Part shown: positions 63,205 to 64,000 of the stretch, in pieces
Layout: every line of letters begins with the position of its first letter
How positions within the stretch are numbered: the first letter of the stretch is position 1
IMG/VR virus record: IMGVR_UViG_3300044630_000587
Span: 937-64,936 of that record
DNA from: a virus
Taxonomy: Duplodnaviria > Caudoviricetes
DNA: 64,000 bases
Strand: one strand, 5' to 3'
Translations under genes and position numbers: made by a program
The notes under the pieces: model-generated
The model's input: the letters and a program-made list of their open reading frames with translations, nothing else
The model's database searches: none
Told to the model about the DNA's origin: nothing

Positions 63205-63870
63205 ATGAACTCAGTAAACAACGCAATCAATAACATGGCTCAGGATCTTACTGGATCTAATAAGGATAAGGCTAAGCCTGTTATGTTATTAAGCTCTGAT
63301 ACTTTCGAGCTTACCTCTAAAACTGTTAAGGGTGATTTTGTCCAAGAGGGTAAATGGAAGCTATTAGCTGATCGCTATACTGCTGATAAGATCACTGCTG
63401 AAATGCTAGCGATCCCTAAAAAGGATCAATCAAATCCATTTGAGAAGCTACACTCTCAGATTCGGGACGCTATCAAATCAGGCTTTAGTAAAGAGGTTCA
63501 GGCTATTATTGCTAAAGAAGCTAAGGCTCTTGATGATGTATCCAAGGGTATCAAATCCCATTGGCTTAAACAGGTAGGCTCTAAGTTCTCCAAGATCCAA
63601 GAGCATATGCTAGCTAGTGATTTGAAAAATGAGGTAATCACTATCGAGCGAGCCTTAGCTTTATATCCTGAAAAGGCTAAAAAGTATCAAGATAATCAGG
63701 ATAAAAAGAAGGGTGCGAATAAGGTAGGCGTAGCCCCTAAAGATCCTAAGGCTAAGGTAGCTTATTACCTTGATCTTGCTATTCGTACAATGCAAGCCTT
63801 AGAAAAGACTGATACGAATATCACTCAAGATATTAAGGCTATCCGTCTGATCGAATCAAAGTATAAGTAA
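63205..63870 (+). CDS. first early gene, Lys-rich hypothetical protein
   Basis: GAAAGGA SD before ATG 63205; has its own terminator. Confidence 0.75.
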   Translation: MNSVNNAINNMAQDLTGSNKDKAKPVMLLSSDTFELTSKTVKGDFVQEGKWKLLADRYTADKITAEMLAIPKKDQSNPFEKLHSQIRDAIKSGFSKEVQAIIAKEAKALDDVSKGIKSHWLKQVGSKFSKIQEHMLASDLKNEVITIERALALYPEKAKKYQDNQDKKKGANKVGVAPKDPKAKVAYYLDLAIRTMQALEKTDTNITQDIKAIRLIESKYK

Positions 63871-63882
63871 GTATCACCTCTT

Positions 63883-63913
63883 AAAAACCCAGTCAAATGA
63901 CTGGGTTTTTTTT
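63883..63913 (+). terminator. rho-independent terminator
   Basis: AAAAACCCAGTC-AAAT-GACTGGGTTTTTTTT. Confidence 0.9.
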
Positions 63914-63972
63914 CGCCTAAATTTTGTGGTTTCGGCTTAATATCTTTTTCCATCTTCCCTATAAATTCTTTT

Positions 63973-63992
63973 TGGTAGTCGCTCGACTACCA
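63973..63992. repeat. early-region palindrome copy with 9-bp arms
   Basis: TGGTAGTCG-CT-CGACTACCA. Confidence 0.9.
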
Positions 63993-64000
63993 TTGATGCC

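Noticed and set aside
174-63992. Palindrome copies as a CRISPR array, integron attC sites or REP elements
   Set aside because: The copies are kb apart with no regular spacers. The GTT/AAC order is opposite to attC. GTAG is inside the stem rather than flanking it, and no RAYT or integrase is present.

Overview
The window is most of a tailed dsDNA phage genome, probably a podovirus-type: P22/T7-like tail-tube and ejection proteins are present and no tape measure is seen. It looks circularly permuted. The + strand carries early and replication genes (1-19.8 kb, resuming at 63.1 kb): a DUF3150-like/AAA ATPase/VWA-metallopeptidase trio, VRR-NUC, glycosyltransferase, FkbM methyltransferase, family A DNA polymerase, PD-(D/E)XK nuclease, SNF2 helicase, SSB and primase-DUF927. 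The - strand carries a late operon (62.8 to 19.9 kb): terminase, portal, GroES, scaffold, Mu gpT-like capsid, many small basic proteins, fibres, holin/M15 endolysin and ejection proteins. I saw no integrase, tRNA, CRISPR array or reverse transcriptase. The most interesting unexplained signals are: (1) two intergenic structured RNAs whose loops are exact reverse complements of the phage's own ribosome-binding sites; (2) a palindrome TAGTCG-CT-CGACTA with co-varying arms that I found only in the early region; (3) a shared C-terminal peptide tag and recurrent xxxGG motifs in small basic and ejection proteins; (4) a possible overprinted gene; (5) a double-pseudoknot RNA downstream of the capsid gene. 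All protein calls come from motif recognition by eye, not database searches.
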